A stretch of 64,000 bases of DNA, taken from NCBI GenBank assembly GCA_964247655.1, contig CAXTVK010000002.1, positions 23,606 to 87,605 on the forward strand. The letters are read 5' to 3'. The notes under the pieces were generated by a model. It was given only the letters and a program-made list of their open reading frames with translations. It made no database searches and was not told the origin of the DNA. Origin of the DNA: an uncultured Sphingomonadaceae bacterium (GTDB taxonomy: Bacteria; Pseudomonadota; Alphaproteobacteria; Sphingomonadales; Sphingomonadaceae). The position numbers and the translations under genes are program-made. Positions 10,292 through 19,910 of the stretch are shown piece by piece; position 1 is the first letter of the stretch; the number at the start of each line of letters is the position of its first letter.

Positions 10292-10534
10292 CTAACGCGG
10301 CACGGCGGCGTCGCCGACTTTCTGCCCGATCCGCTTGTATTGAAGTTTGGTCCCCGCTTCGATCTCATGCGGCCCGGTCGCGGTCTGCTTCCAGCCGATG
10401 ATCGGGACATATGTACCTGTGATTTCTTCGTACACCACGCCCGGATGGGAAACTGGCGTCGACGCCGGGTCAACTACGGTAACGCCCCCGCCTGCGGCTT
10501 GGATTGCAAATAGCAAGATGAGGGCGCTCGACAT
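10292..10534 (-). CDS. Small secreted hypothetical protein
   Basis: MSSALILLFAIQAA signal-like N-terminus, 80 aa. Confidence 0.5.
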   Translation of the reverse strand: MSSALILLFAIQAAGGGVTVVDPASTPVSHPGVVYEEITGTYVPIIGWKQTATGPHEIEAGTKLQYKRIGQKVGDAAVPR

Positions 10535-10646
10535 TTCGCGAAGCTTCCCACAGTCCGATCTTCGGTGCAATGGATCAGGGGGTCGGACGTCGAGGCCATT
10601 GTCACGCTTCGGTCGCTGCGTATCTGCACGAACCGCGCACCGGCGA

Positions 10647-11435
10647 TCAGCTTGGCGCCCCGGCATCCTGACGCGTCTTGCTGCGCGCGCGGATACGCGC
10701 GATCTCGCGTTTGATCTGCCGGTAGGTCGGCTTGGCTCCGTTGGCGACACTGCGTTGCACCACGTCCATCTCCTCGTCGGTGGATCCAAGGTGCCGCGCG
10801 ATCATAGCTATGTCTTCCGGCATCACGTCCTGATAATCGATCGTTTCGACAAAATCGAATAGGTCGCAGTAGTCGGCGCCGAGATGGCCCGACTTGCCAC
10901 CTTCGACTTTGTTGCCACCTTCGGCACGCGTCCAATCGGCGGGAAGCAAGAAGCTCCGGTTGCCGGTCAATATGAGACCGGGGGCTTCATCTCCCAAGGT
11001 GTCGTCGTAGACATGAAGCAACGCGTCGACGTCCGCCTGGGTCAAGAATTGACAGAAACTTATGATGAGCAGCTTGTTCGGATGCTGCTCGTCGGCGTGC
11101 GCGCGCGCCCAGTTCCTGGTTCGGGTCAATCGAGACATCTGTGCCCCTTTGGACCGTCGCGGCTCCTGCATCACCAGTTCGAAGGCTGCCTGATGCAGGA
11201 CTGCCCCCTCGAGCGCCACCTCGACAAGCGTGAGCGGATGGCTGCTGCGATCGACCGGGCTTGTCGACACGATAAGCGTAGAGTCGGGGAAATCGGCCAA
11301 AACACTCGCAAGCGCGGTCCGCAAACCCAGCCCGCCTGCAGCCGAGATCGCAGCCTTGCCCCGGCGGCTGCGCGTAACCGCGCAAAGCTGCCTGATGGTC
11401 TCGTGAAACCGGGTCGGGACCGCGGGCTTTGCCAT
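10647..11435 (-). CDS. MuB/TniB-like AAA+ transposition partner with degenerate Walker motifs
   Basis: Directly downstream of the Mu-type transposase. ISAAGGLGLRT (Walker A position), LLIISFCQFL (Walker B position, cf. LIIIDEAQHL), GLILTGN (sensor 1). True start likely the ATG at 11435, not 12038. Confidence 0.68.
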   Translation of the reverse strand: MAKPAVPTRFHETIRQLCAVTRSRRGKAAISAAGGLGLRTALASVLADFPDSTLIVSTSPVDRSSHPLTLVEVALEGAVLHQAAFELVMQEPRRSKGAQMSRLTRTRNWARAHADEQHPNKLLIISFCQFLTQADVDALLHVYDDTLGDEAPGLILTGNRSFLLPADWTRAEGGNKVEGGKSGHLGADYCDLFDFVETIDYQDVMPEDIAMIARHLGSTDEEMDVVQRSVANGAKPTYRQIKREIARIRARSKTRQDAGAPS

Positions 11436-11446
11436 TAGCGCAGCGC

Positions 11447-13546
11447 TCAACCCAGCTCGGCCGACAGCGTGGTCAGCCGGTTGGCGCGCCCCTTGCGTAC
11501 TGTCTCCTTTAGATAGGCGGTGCTGCTTCTGTCTTGGAGCTGCCTCTGATAGGCATCTCCTGCGCGCTGCGCGCCACGGATGATTGCCTGCGCCGCCAGA
11601 TTGACATCCCGCACGTCCGCTTTCTTGTCGCGAACGCTCGCGACCGCGGCATCCTTGCGCCGTTGGCTTTCGAGATAGCCGTCTACACCCTCGTAGAATG
11701 GATCGTGCCTGGCCTTGTAGAGCCTGTCGTCGCGTCCGAAAAAACTGGGCGGCTGTTCGTCGGGCGTGCAGACGGTGACGAGCTTCTCCAGATTTTGTTT
11801 GAAGATTTCGTCGCTGGTGTAATGCTGTCCATCGAAGACGAAGCCGGACTGGCGCGACTTCACCTGGTCGAGCTTGGAGAACATTTTTTCCAGATCGCCC
11901 GGCGGCACATGCTGGAAGTTCACCGCACCGCGCGATCGCGCGTCGGCCAGACGGCCATGCGGCGATCCTTTTTTCCCCCGTGCGGCATGATGATAGTCGG
12001 TCATGAACAGTTCGTACAACCGGCAGAAATCCTCCCACGTGCCGGGGAAGACGGGGCCCGCCTCGCCGACGACGCGCACGCGGCTCGCCGTATAATAGGG
12101 CTTTCCGCCGGTAAATCCGGGAAACCTTGCAAACACGAGCTTATTGAGATTTGAAAAGATGCCTTCGATGGGCTTGGCTTGCGGATTGTGGGGCTGTGCT
12201 TTCTTGACGATGCATTTGACGTCCTTCCGATCCGCCAGAATGCGCGCCACGCGGATGAGCCCGGAATTCTCGCTGCCCTGATCGGCGTACATCACGCGCG
12301 GAATTCCCCAATCGGGATGTCCCATCATGTGGTAGCAGGCGAGCTCGACGTGCTCGGCGCTGACGGCGCCGCTTGCCGGCGCGACCAGATAGCTGAACAT
12401 CCGGCCGGTGGCCTGGTCGTAGAAGCAGACCGCCCGCGGTTTCAGACCCCCGCCGAGACGAACGTCGATGTGCTTGACGTCGACGAAGACGCAATCCATC
12501 GGCGCCAGCTTCTCGAACGAACGGTGGATGCGAGGCTTGATGTTGCGGTAACGCACCGCATCGTTTTCAAAGACGTGGACCAGCGCATAATCCTTGAAGC
12601 GCTCGACGCGGCACCGGGCAGGACGCGCGTCGCAGTCGCTGGCGAGCGGGAAGTCCTTCTCGATGAGAAACTGCCGGATCATCGTCTCGGCCTCGCGCTG
12701 GATGGAGGGAACGCCGGCAAAGCTGACCGGGCTTGCCCAAAGGTCCTTCAGGATCTGATCGACCTCGCGGGCAAGCGCGTCGACCAGCGCGGCAGGCGGC
12801 TCAAGCGCTGCGAACAGCGCATCGAAGCGGCGGGAGACGACGATGGCCACCCCCTTGGCGTCGCGCAGCGCGGGCACGAGACCGACGATCCCGTGTCGCT
12901 CATAGTCGCGCAACCACCGGCGCAGCGTCGCCGGCGACCGGCCGAGACCCCGCGCGATCGCCTGGATCACGTCGGCGCGCTCGGATCCCGTGGCCGACAG
13001 CGCGATGAGCGGCATGATCGCGCGCAGCCGGTCGGCGACCATCTCGTCGCGACGCCCGGACTGCGTCAGTTGCGCGCGCAGCCGACGCGAATCGTCCGCG
13101 GCCTCGGGTTCAGGATCGACCGCGGCATCGACCGGCGGCTCGGTCGCGGCCACAGGCCAAGATCCGTGCTGATCAGCGTCCGTAGGTGGTGTCAAAGCGG
13201 CTGCGTCGCGGACGCGCAAGGCAAGGATCGAGAACGGTTCGGGAAGGGTGGACGCGTCGATGAGCAGACGTTTGCCCTTGCGTCCGCCTTGTCCATGGAC
13301 CGCCTTCACGCGCAGCGGATATTGTCCGAAGCGCTTGCGCGACAGGATGCGCGAGGCCGAGCGCTGCGTGACGTTGAGCAGCAGCGCAACCTCTGCGGTC
13401 GTGAGCCAGATCGTGTCGTGGGCGGTGGTCGGCGCGGCGTCGGCTGGCGGGTCTGCCTCAGCGGGATCGGCCGCCTTACGCGGGAACGCGCTGTCGGCGG
13501 CGATGGCACGGCCCTGCATGTCGGAGCGACGCCACGCGCGCGTCAT
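11447..13546 (-). CDS. Mu-type DDE transposase (MuA/TnsB-like)
   Basis: N-terminal Mu-repressor-like HTH (WLTTAEVA..GQGGRKG..IDASTLP), second HTH (RSPATLRRWLRDY), DDE: FVDVKH, YADQGSE, AKPIEGIF. ATG overlaps the upstream stop. Confidence 0.88.
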   Translation of the reverse strand: MTRAWRRSDMQGRAIAADSAFPRKAADPAEADPPADAAPTTAHDTIWLTTAEVALLLNVTQRSASRILSRKRFGQYPLRVKAVHGQGGRKGKRLLIDASTLPEPFSILALRVRDAAALTPPTDADQHGSWPVAATEPPVDAAVDPEPEAADDSRRLRAQLTQSGRRDEMVADRLRAIMPLIALSATGSERADVIQAIARGLGRSPATLRRWLRDYERHGIVGLVPALRDAKGVAIVVSRRFDALFAALEPPAALVDALAREVDQILKDLWASPVSFAGVPSIQREAETMIRQFLIEKDFPLASDCDARPARCRVERFKDYALVHVFENDAVRYRNIKPRIHRSFEKLAPMDCVFVDVKHIDVRLGGGLKPRAVCFYDQATGRMFSYLVAPASGAVSAEHVELACYHMMGHPDWGIPRVMYADQGSENSGLIRVARILADRKDVKCIVKKAQPHNPQAKPIEGIFSNLNKLVFARFPGFTGGKPYYTASRVRVVGEAGPVFPGTWEDFCRLYELFMTDYHHAARGKKGSPHGRLADARSRGAVNFQHVPPGDLEKMFSKLDQVKSRQSGFVFDGQHYTSDEIFKQNLEKLVTVCTPDEQPPSFFGRDDRLYKARHDPFYEGVDGYLESQRRKDAAVASVRDKKADVRDVNLAAQAIIRGAQRAGDAYQRQLQDRSSTAYLKETVRKGRANRLTTLSAELG

Positions 13547-14277
13547 GCCGACGGCTCCGGGATGAGCGTCCCAACCGGCAGTTTGAGCCGCCGCGCCACT
13601 TGCGACACGCACACGCTTCTGCAGCCTGCGCGTTGCTCGGCAGGATCGCCCAGATCGATCACCTCGCCGGCAAGCGCCGGGTAGACGCGGACGACGCCGA
13701 AATCGGTGACGAAATGCCACCAGACATCCCTGACGGTCGGCCCCGTCCGGTATCCGCGGTCCACCAGCTGCGCGTAATAGGGCAGGTCCACGGCATCCAG
13801 CAAGTCAAGCGACCGTGCACGATCGATGATCGCCCCCTTCGGTTGCATGTCCGCCATCCCGAGGGCGGCGATATAGCTGCCATAGCTACTGAAATCCGCA
13901 GCCTGCTGGTCGATTGCAGTGATGCTGGCGCGGTTCTCCGACCAGCCGTCCTCGTCGAAGCCGGATAGGAGCGCGTGCAGGATGAGCTGTGCCAGTTCCT
14001 GGCCGCAGAAGGGGACAGTCCGTCCGAGCGTCACGAAGCGGTAGAGGAGATCCGCCGCCGCGCCCAGAACGCGTGCGGTCGCGCCGAGGGCCTGGAGTTC
14101 GCAGAGGATTCCAGCGATCACCGCGTCGTCATAGCCGTATGCGGGCGGGTCGCTCCGCGGGTCGGCGCGTACCCACCCCGATGCGATCCAGCGGCCGACC
14201 GTCTTCGGCGGGAGCCCGATTGCCGCTGCGAGTTCGGCTTGCGAGAGAAGCCGCTTGAAGACGTCAACCACGCTCAT
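13543..14277 (-). CDS. MerR-like HTH DNA-binding protein
   Basis: LSQAELAAAIGLPPKTVGRWIASGWV..AYGYDD..ILCELQALG; first gene of the transposase operon. Confidence 0.7.
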   Translation of the reverse strand: MSVVDVFKRLLSQAELAAAIGLPPKTVGRWIASGWVRADPRSDPPAYGYDDAVIAGILCELQALGATARVLGAAADLLYRFVTLGRTVPFCGQELAQLILHALLSGFDEDGWSENRASITAIDQQAADFSSYGSYIAALGMADMQPKGAIIDRARSLDLLDAVDLPYYAQLVDRGYRTGPTVRDVWWHFVTDFGVVRVYPALAGEVIDLGDPAEQRAGCRSVCVSQVARRLKLPVGTLIPEPSA

Positions 14278-14723
14278 CGCCCGAAGATTGCGTCTGCATG
14301 TCGGCCGCCACGGAGTTCCAGCATGGACGATACCAGCAGCGGCCAAAGGGCAACTGCTGCGAGCAACGGCGTGCTGGTCGCATCATGCGGCTGCCAGCGG
14401 CCGGTTATACGGTGCGCCGCTGTCGTGTGCGCCGGCGATGGCGCAAGGCCGTCAGTCCGCTCCGCTCCAACCTGCTCCGTCATGCCGGCAAACATTGCGC
14501 ACAGGCGTTGCGATTCGGTTATCGATCCGGACGCGGCCACACCGGTCTGGGGCGCATGGTCCGGGCGGCCGGTGGGTCGCCCGGCACGCGTCGCGCGTGC
14601 CATTGGTCGAAGTGCCTGGCGCCGTGTCGGATAGCGGCCGCGCAACACCGCGCCATTCGACCTCGGTCATCTGATAGCGGGTGTGACGATCCGGTAGCGC
14701 GTCGCGGTCGAACGGGGACGGCG

Positions 14724-15155
14724 TCAACCTTCGACCGGAACGTTAACCGCCCTTACATCGACGACGTCGATCGGTCTGAAATGCAGGCCATCGTCGGCGA
14801 GATAAGCGTCGGTCACCGGTCGCTCGCGCACGACGGTTCCGATAAATCGTCCCCAGATGCGAAACGCGTTCGACTTGATCTCGTCAGGTGCACGGTAGGC
14901 GCTCAGATTATGGAGCGGATCGCCCGTGGTCTTGCTCAATGCGACGCTTTGGCGAGGTTTGCATCGATCGTCGGACAAGGCTGCAGTCCTGTTGAGGGTA
15001 GGCGAGTAAGTCGCCCATACGCTCACGACGTGGCCCAGATAGCGACTGGGATGCGCAGACAGATCGCAGAACGATATCTGCCGGACCGTCGGCGCGGAAG
15101 ACGCCGCCACCAGCAGGCTCGATACGCAACAGGCTGTCACTCGAATCGTACTCAA
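14724..15155 (-). CDS. Secreted hypothetical protein, possibly OB-fold
   Basis: Signal-like N-terminus; SFCDL..PSRYLGHVVSV pattern. Confidence 0.5.
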   Translation of the reverse strand: MSTIRVTACCVSSLLVAASSAPTVRQISFCDLSAHPSRYLGHVVSVWATYSPTLNRTAALSDDRCKPRQSVALSKTTGDPLHNLSAYRAPDEIKSNAFRIWGRFIGTVVRERPVTDAYLADDGLHFRPIDVVDVRAVNVPVEG

Positions 15156-15361
15156 TCGCAGCTCCTGTTTTGATGAAGATAAGACGATGCGCGCGGGATC
15201 GCGCGACGATTCAGGCGGCCTCGTCCGCTATGATGCCATGACGTCCCGCGCGCTGGAAGACGTCTGCCCCGCCAGCACAGTTCGACGCGCGGGCACCGCG
15301 CTGCAGAGCACAACGCGGTGCCCGTTTTGGTGCCGGCCGGCTGCCGCCTTGAGCATCCGCG

Positions 15362-15939
15362 CTACCCTGCCTTTCGCCGTGCGCGGCGGGGGGCCTCTCG
15401 GGACACGATCGAATCCAGCCTTGCTGCGAGCGCCCGCGTGCCGCGCTCGATCGCGACGTAGGTCATCTCCTGTATCATCCGATCGTTCTTCGTCTTGTAG
15501 AGCCATTCAAAGAAAGCGCAGTGCTCATCGGGGGTGGCGAAGGTGTGGACGTAGACGCGTTCGATGCGCGGCCCCCGCGCCGTATCGAGCCACAAGCCGA
15601 ACTCGACCTGCCGCTCGTCTTCGAGGCGATTGACGGCCGTCGCTGTGTGGATCCCTGGAAGCTGTTCCGCCATCAGGCGCTCGATGTGCTGCGCCAGCGC
15701 GCCGGAGCCGCAGTCTGCGCGAGGAGCCCCCAATCCTGCCAGTGGCCGCGCCGGACCGCCATCCACTGCATCAAGGCACCTCGGCTATCTTCATCTCCGC
15801 ACGCGCGAATCCAGAGGGGGACGGTCGGTGGTGGAGCGTCGAGCGTCTGCATATCCAGCAGCATGACATAGAAGAGATCGCCGCGATCGGCGATCCGGAA
15901 CTGATATCGGAGATCGTGATCAATCATTTCGGGAATCAT
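15362..15939 (-). pseudogene. Hypothetical protein with an internal tandem duplication, frameshifted near 15710
   Basis: ORFs 15673-15939 and 15362-15766 join into one ~190-aa protein with a 1-nt shift; the two halves resemble each other. Confidence 0.55.
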
Positions 15940-16400
15940 TATTCATCCTATGTGCTACTCAAAGAGAGACTGAACAGTCGATTTCGTGCTTTCCATGCTC
16001 TCGACGTCCCCTCCTCAATCTGATGCTGGCGCGCTTGTTGTTCATTCGGCGCGCCCGATCCGCGTCGGTGGAGAGCGGGTTCCCTGTTGCAGGTAATCAC
16101 GATGATGATTGCCAGATGTCCGGGCGCGGCGCCGCCTGCGCTCGGCGCCTTACCGACCGCGACAGCGTAAAAGCGCGCGGCCGCCCAATCGAATGCGATG
16201 ATTCCCCGTGTTCGGCAGATTTCGCTCGACGGAGCGCCAAAATCCGGCGCAGTCCGCGCCGGTCTTTGGGTATCCTTCTGCCAGGATCTGGCGGCCGCTC
16301 GGACCGCGCTTGCCCAAAGCCGGCCAATTCGCGAAGCGGCTGGCATTTCGAGGCAAGCTCCGATGAAACGGTGCGGATGACTGGCAAGGGACCCGCTCGG

Positions 16401-17072
16401 ATGACAGACGAGGCAGATGCAATGACGAATGCACCGCCTGGATTGGCCGACAAGGTCGCCGGTGTGCGCAAATCCGTGCTCGACGATCTGCGACAGGGGC
16501 ATTTGCTGCCCGGAGACGTCGTCTCGATCGCAGACGTTACCAAACGCGCCCGCGCGGCGGTGACCGCGACGCCGGTGCGGGAAGCGCTGCGCCAACTGGT
16601 CGGGGAAGGCGCATTGGGCGAGGACGAGGCGCGCGGCTTTCGCGTCCCGCGTCTTCTGCCCGGCGCCGTGCGATCGCTGTACGCGGTCCAGGAAATGCTG
16701 GCGCTTGCGATGCTCGACCGCCTGATCGACCTCAGCGACGCAGCGGACGGCTCTGTGCCCTATGTGATCGACGATCTTCCGCCAGCCGGATCGCCGACGA
16801 TGGATGACTGGTTCGCACTGCTCCAGGCCAGTGCGCGTGATCACGGGCTCGAACGCGCATGGCGGCCGCTGGCGATGGCGCTCCTCTGCTACCGGCGGGT
16901 CGAGCCGCAGGTGATCCCGGAGATATCCGCCCTCGGCACGGCAATGCGGACGCGCTTCGAGCGCTACAGCGTCGACCATGCAGATCATGAGCTGCGGAAA
17001 TATTTTCGCGCGTGCCAGGACCGGGTCGACGCGCTCTGCGAGCTGGCCGAGCGCAAACACCGCCGCATATGA
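16401..17072 (+). CDS. GntR-family transcriptional regulator of the lasso cluster
   Basis: GHLLPGD..TATPVREALRQLVGEG..RGFRVP wHTH. Start uncertain (16401/16422). Confidence 0.85.
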   Translation: MTDEADAMTNAPPGLADKVAGVRKSVLDDLRQGHLLPGDVVSIADVTKRARAAVTATPVREALRQLVGEGALGEDEARGFRVPRLLPGAVRSLYAVQEMLALAMLDRLIDLSDAADGSVPYVIDDLPPAGSPTMDDWFALLQASARDHGLERAWRPLAMALLCYRRVEPQVIPEISALGTAMRTRFERYSVDHADHELRKYFRACQDRVDALCELAERKHRRI

Positions 17073-17073
17073 G

Positions 17074-17090
17074 AGATATTTTCTAGATAT
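17074..17090 (+). promoter_or_regulatory. AT-rich AGATAT direct repeat (11-bp period), candidate operator for the lasso operon
   Basis: AGATATtttctAGATAT between gntR and the precursor gene, in otherwise GC-rich DNA. Confidence 0.35.
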
Positions 17091-17167
17091 AGCTGTCATA
17101 CATGATCGGCCGGTCGGCTTCTGCTCGCGTCGCATCTTGGCGACGTTCAAGCATGAAGGAGACGACG

Positions 17168-17284
17168 ATGACCAAACAGCCTCAGCAGAGCGTGATCCGG
17201 CTCGGCCGGGTATCGCGGGTGACCCGCTCGATCGGCGGCACCAAGGTGCCGGAGATGGCGAACCCGCTGCTCCTGCGCGACTGA
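17168..17284 (+). CDS. Lasso peptide precursor (leader MTKQPQQSVIRLGRVSRVTR, core SIGGTKVPEMANPLLLRD)
   Basis: RBS GAAGGAG; leader motif IxLGxVSxxT with Thr at -2; Glu at core position 9; immediately upstream of B and C genes. Confidence 0.92.
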   Translation: MTKQPQQSVIRLGRVSRVTRSIGGTKVPEMANPLLLRD

Positions 17285-17290
17285 ACGACG

Positions 17291-17325
17291 GCGACACGCG
17301 GGGGGCAGCGCCTTCCGCGTGTCGC
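17291..17325 (+). terminator. GC-rich stem-loop between precursor and B gene (mRNA stability/attenuation)
   Basis: GCGACACGCGG..CCGCGTGTCGC inverted repeat, no U-tract; typical position in proteobacterial lasso clusters. Confidence 0.7.
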
Positions 17326-17354
17326 TCCGATCACCAAGACCAAGGCATCTGATA

Positions 17355-17990
17355 ATGGGTCAGCATCTGCTTGCCGGCGTGCACGGCGTCGCGATCGAGT
17401 CCGACCTCGTCGTGTGCGACCTGGTGCGTGATATCTTCCTGCTTCTGCCCGCCGCGATCGCCGCGCCCCCCACCCTAGCCGTCCCCGTCGGCGATCTCGG
17501 TCTCAGCCCCGACGGTGTGGCCGCGCTGCAACGCGCGGGGCTGGTGTCGGGCGATGCGCGCCCGGCAAGGCGGCGATCCCGGCCGCCCGTTCGGCAAACC
17601 CGCGTGACCGCGCTCGACGTCGATCCGTTGGGCCTGCGCCTCCACCATGGTCTCGCCTTCGCCGCCGCCGGCATCGAGGCGGCGTTGCGATTGGCTTTTC
17701 GCCGTCTTGGGACACGGCACCAGCCGCCTTTGCAGGCAGCGCCTGCGAACCTGGCGAACGAACTCGCCGTGCTGCGCGGCCTGATGCTGGCCTGCCCGGG
17801 TATCCGCCGCTGCCTGCCGCGCGCGCTCCTCACACGCGCCTATCTACGCCGGCGCGGCATCGCGCTCGAGCTCGTGCTCGGGGTCAGGACCCATCCTTTC
17901 GGTGCGCATTGCTGGCTACAATCGGGCGATCTGCTGGTTGACGACCAGCTCGATCATGTCCGGGGCTACAAACCCGTGGCGGTCTTGTGA
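17355..17990 (+). CDS. Lasso peptide leader peptidase (B protein, fused RRE remnant + transglutaminase-like protease)
   Basis: RCLPRA, LGVRTHPFGAHCWLQ, VDD (Cys-His-Asp); N-terminal DLVVCDLVRDIFLLL. Confidence 0.92.
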   Translation: MGQHLLAGVHGVAIESDLVVCDLVRDIFLLLPAAIAAPPTLAVPVGDLGLSPDGVAALQRAGLVSGDARPARRRSRPPVRQTRVTALDVDPLGLRLHHGLAFAAAGIEAALRLAFRRLGTRHQPPLQAAPANLANELAVLRGLMLACPGIRRCLPRALLTRAYLRRRGIALELVLGVRTHPFGAHCWLQSGDLLVDDQLDHVRGYKPVAVL

Positions 17991-19783
17991 TCGACGCGTC
18001 GCTCGATTGGCTCGTCATCGGGATCGCGGCCGGCGACACGGCATCTGCGCGCGCCGACCATCTCGCACGTGAGGCGACCTCGCGTTCGCCTGCGCTTTGC
18101 ATCCGATACCGCGATGCGCGGCGGCTCGTGCTGTCGCGCGATCCGGTGACGATTGTCCGCCGCGGCGACGATGAACGTCTGATCGTCGTGGGGCAAGTCA
18201 GCGACATTGCGGCGGTCGGCCCGACGCAGACCGGAGATAGCGCCGGCGACTGGCTCGATGCCCTGTCGTCGCCGGGTGGCGGCTCGCTCGCGGCCAAGCT
18301 TTGCGAACGGGCATGGGGCGCCTATGTCGCGGTCTGGGACGAGGACGGCGGCGACCGGCTGATGACCGACCCCTCCGGCGCCCGCCCGGCGGTGGTCGTC
18401 CGCGACGGTCCTCTCAGCCTTGCCGCCACAGATATTCCGCGCTGGCTGTGGCGGGCATTGGGCGTAACGCCGACGATCTCCTGGACCCGCGTCGCGGCAT
18501 CGATGGTGCGCAGCGTCGTGCCGACGCACGAACCGCTGCTCCGCGGCGTTCGGCTGGCGATACCGGGCCAACCGCTGTCGCTTGCCGATCCCATGCTCGA
18601 CATAGCGCCGATCTGGTCACCGACGATGGCCTGCGGCCGTCCGTCCCCGACCGCCTGTGCAGCCGACCTGCGCGCCGTGGTCCGCGCGACCGTGCTGCAT
18701 CAGGCCCTCGGCCGGCCGACGCTCGTCCAACTCTCGGGCGGGCTCGATTCGTCGATCATATTATCCTCTCTTGCAAGCGGCCTGACACCCGGGTCGCTGG
18801 TCGCATTCACGATGGCGACGCGGCACGAAGGCGGCGACGAGCGCAAGTATGCAGCGCTTGCAGCCGCCGCCTCGGGCGTCCGGCTGGAGAGCGCGTCGGC
18901 GCCCGAAAGACCCGTCCATCACGGCCGCTGGCTCGAGATCGATCATGGTGTCCGGCCCTATCTCTACGGGCTCGACGATGCTTTCGAGCAGGCGATTGCC
19001 GACACCGCCGCGGCGTTCGGGGTCGAACTGGTAATGACGGGGCAGGGGGGCGACGCTGTGTTCTTCGAGATGCCGACGCCCGGCGTCACCGCCGACCGGG
19101 TGCGGCGCGATGGCTGGCGGGCGCTGTTCTCGCGTGCGGCGGTCGCGGACGCCGAGCGCTGCAACGTGTCGATGTGGGCGCTTGTGCGCGCGGTCATGGC
19201 AGACCGGCTGGGCCTTCCCGATCGGCCGCAGGCCCTGCTCGCGCCGGATCTGCTCAGCCCGGATGCCCGCGCGGTCGTGGCACGCGGCGTCCCTGTGCAC
19301 CCCTGGATCGTGGAGGCGCGGGGACTGCCACCGGGGCGACGGTTGCAGATCGAGGCGATCGCCAACGCCCAGATCTTCTTTGCACCGCGGCCGGTGTCGG
19401 GATGCTTGGCCATCGCGCATCCGCTGCTGGCGCAGCCGGTCGTCGATCATGTCCTGTCCCTGTCGACCGCCGACCTGTGCTTCGGGGTCGGCGACCGCGC
19501 CTTGGCCCGCCTGGCGTTCGCAGATGATCTGCCCGACGCGATCATCGAGCGGCGGGTCAAGGGCGAAGCCTCGTCGCATTATGCGCATGCGATCCTCGCC
19601 GATTTGCCCGCGCTACGGGGCATGCTGCTCGACGGTCCGCTGGTATCGGCGGGCATCCTCGATCGGGCGGCGACCGAACGCGCGATGGATCCCCGCACGC
19701 TCATATTCGGCGACGCCTTCCGCGCGCTCAGCCTCTATGCCAGCCTGTCGGCGTGGGCTCGATATTGGCAGCGGTCGACGTAG
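17987..19783 (+). CDS. Lasso peptide cyclase (C protein, asparagine synthetase-like)
   Basis: DPSGARP, LSGGLDSS, DERKYA, MTGQGGDAVF, HPLLAQPV, RALARLAFADDLP..RRVKG. Confidence 0.93.
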   Translation: MIDASLDWLVIGIAAGDTASARADHLAREATSRSPALCIRYRDARRLVLSRDPVTIVRRGDDERLIVVGQVSDIAAVGPTQTGDSAGDWLDALSSPGGGSLAAKLCERAWGAYVAVWDEDGGDRLMTDPSGARPAVVVRDGPLSLAATDIPRWLWRALGVTPTISWTRVAASMVRSVVPTHEPLLRGVRLAIPGQPLSLADPMLDIAPIWSPTMACGRPSPTACAADLRAVVRATVLHQALGRPTLVQLSGGLDSSIILSSLASGLTPGSLVAFTMATRHEGGDERKYAALAAAASGVRLESASAPERPVHHGRWLEIDHGVRPYLYGLDDAFEQAIADTAAAFGVELVMTGQGGDAVFFEMPTPGVTADRVRRDGWRALFSRAAVADAERCNVSMWALVRAVMADRLGLPDRPQALLAPDLLSPDARAVVARGVPVHPWIVEARGLPPGRRLQIEAIANAQIFFAPRPVSGCLAIAHPLLAQPVVDHVLSLSTADLCFGVGDRALARLAFADDLPDAIIERRVKGEASSHYAHAILADLPALRGMLLDGPLVSAGILDRAATERAMDPRTLIFGDAFRALSLYASLSAWARYWQRST

Positions 19784-19910
19784 ACCGGGCGACTCGATCG
19801 ATCCGATAGGCGCGTGTCGTGCTACTGGAGCGACATGACGGTTTCGCCAATTGGCGCGATAGCGGGATGCGCGTCGCCGCCGCGCTCGACTATCATAAAC
19901 GCCACAAATC

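Noticed and set aside
10647-12038. 463-aa version of the ATPase-like ORF
   Set aside because: The N-terminal ~200 codons overlap the transposase in another frame; the plausible start is the ATG at 11435.
17102-17284. 60-aa extended lasso precursor from the ORF track
   Set aside because: The RBS GAAGGAG lies before the ATG at 17168, giving a normal 20-aa leader.
15948-17297. 449-aa minus-strand ORF
   Set aside because: Antisense to gntR and the precursor; no motifs.
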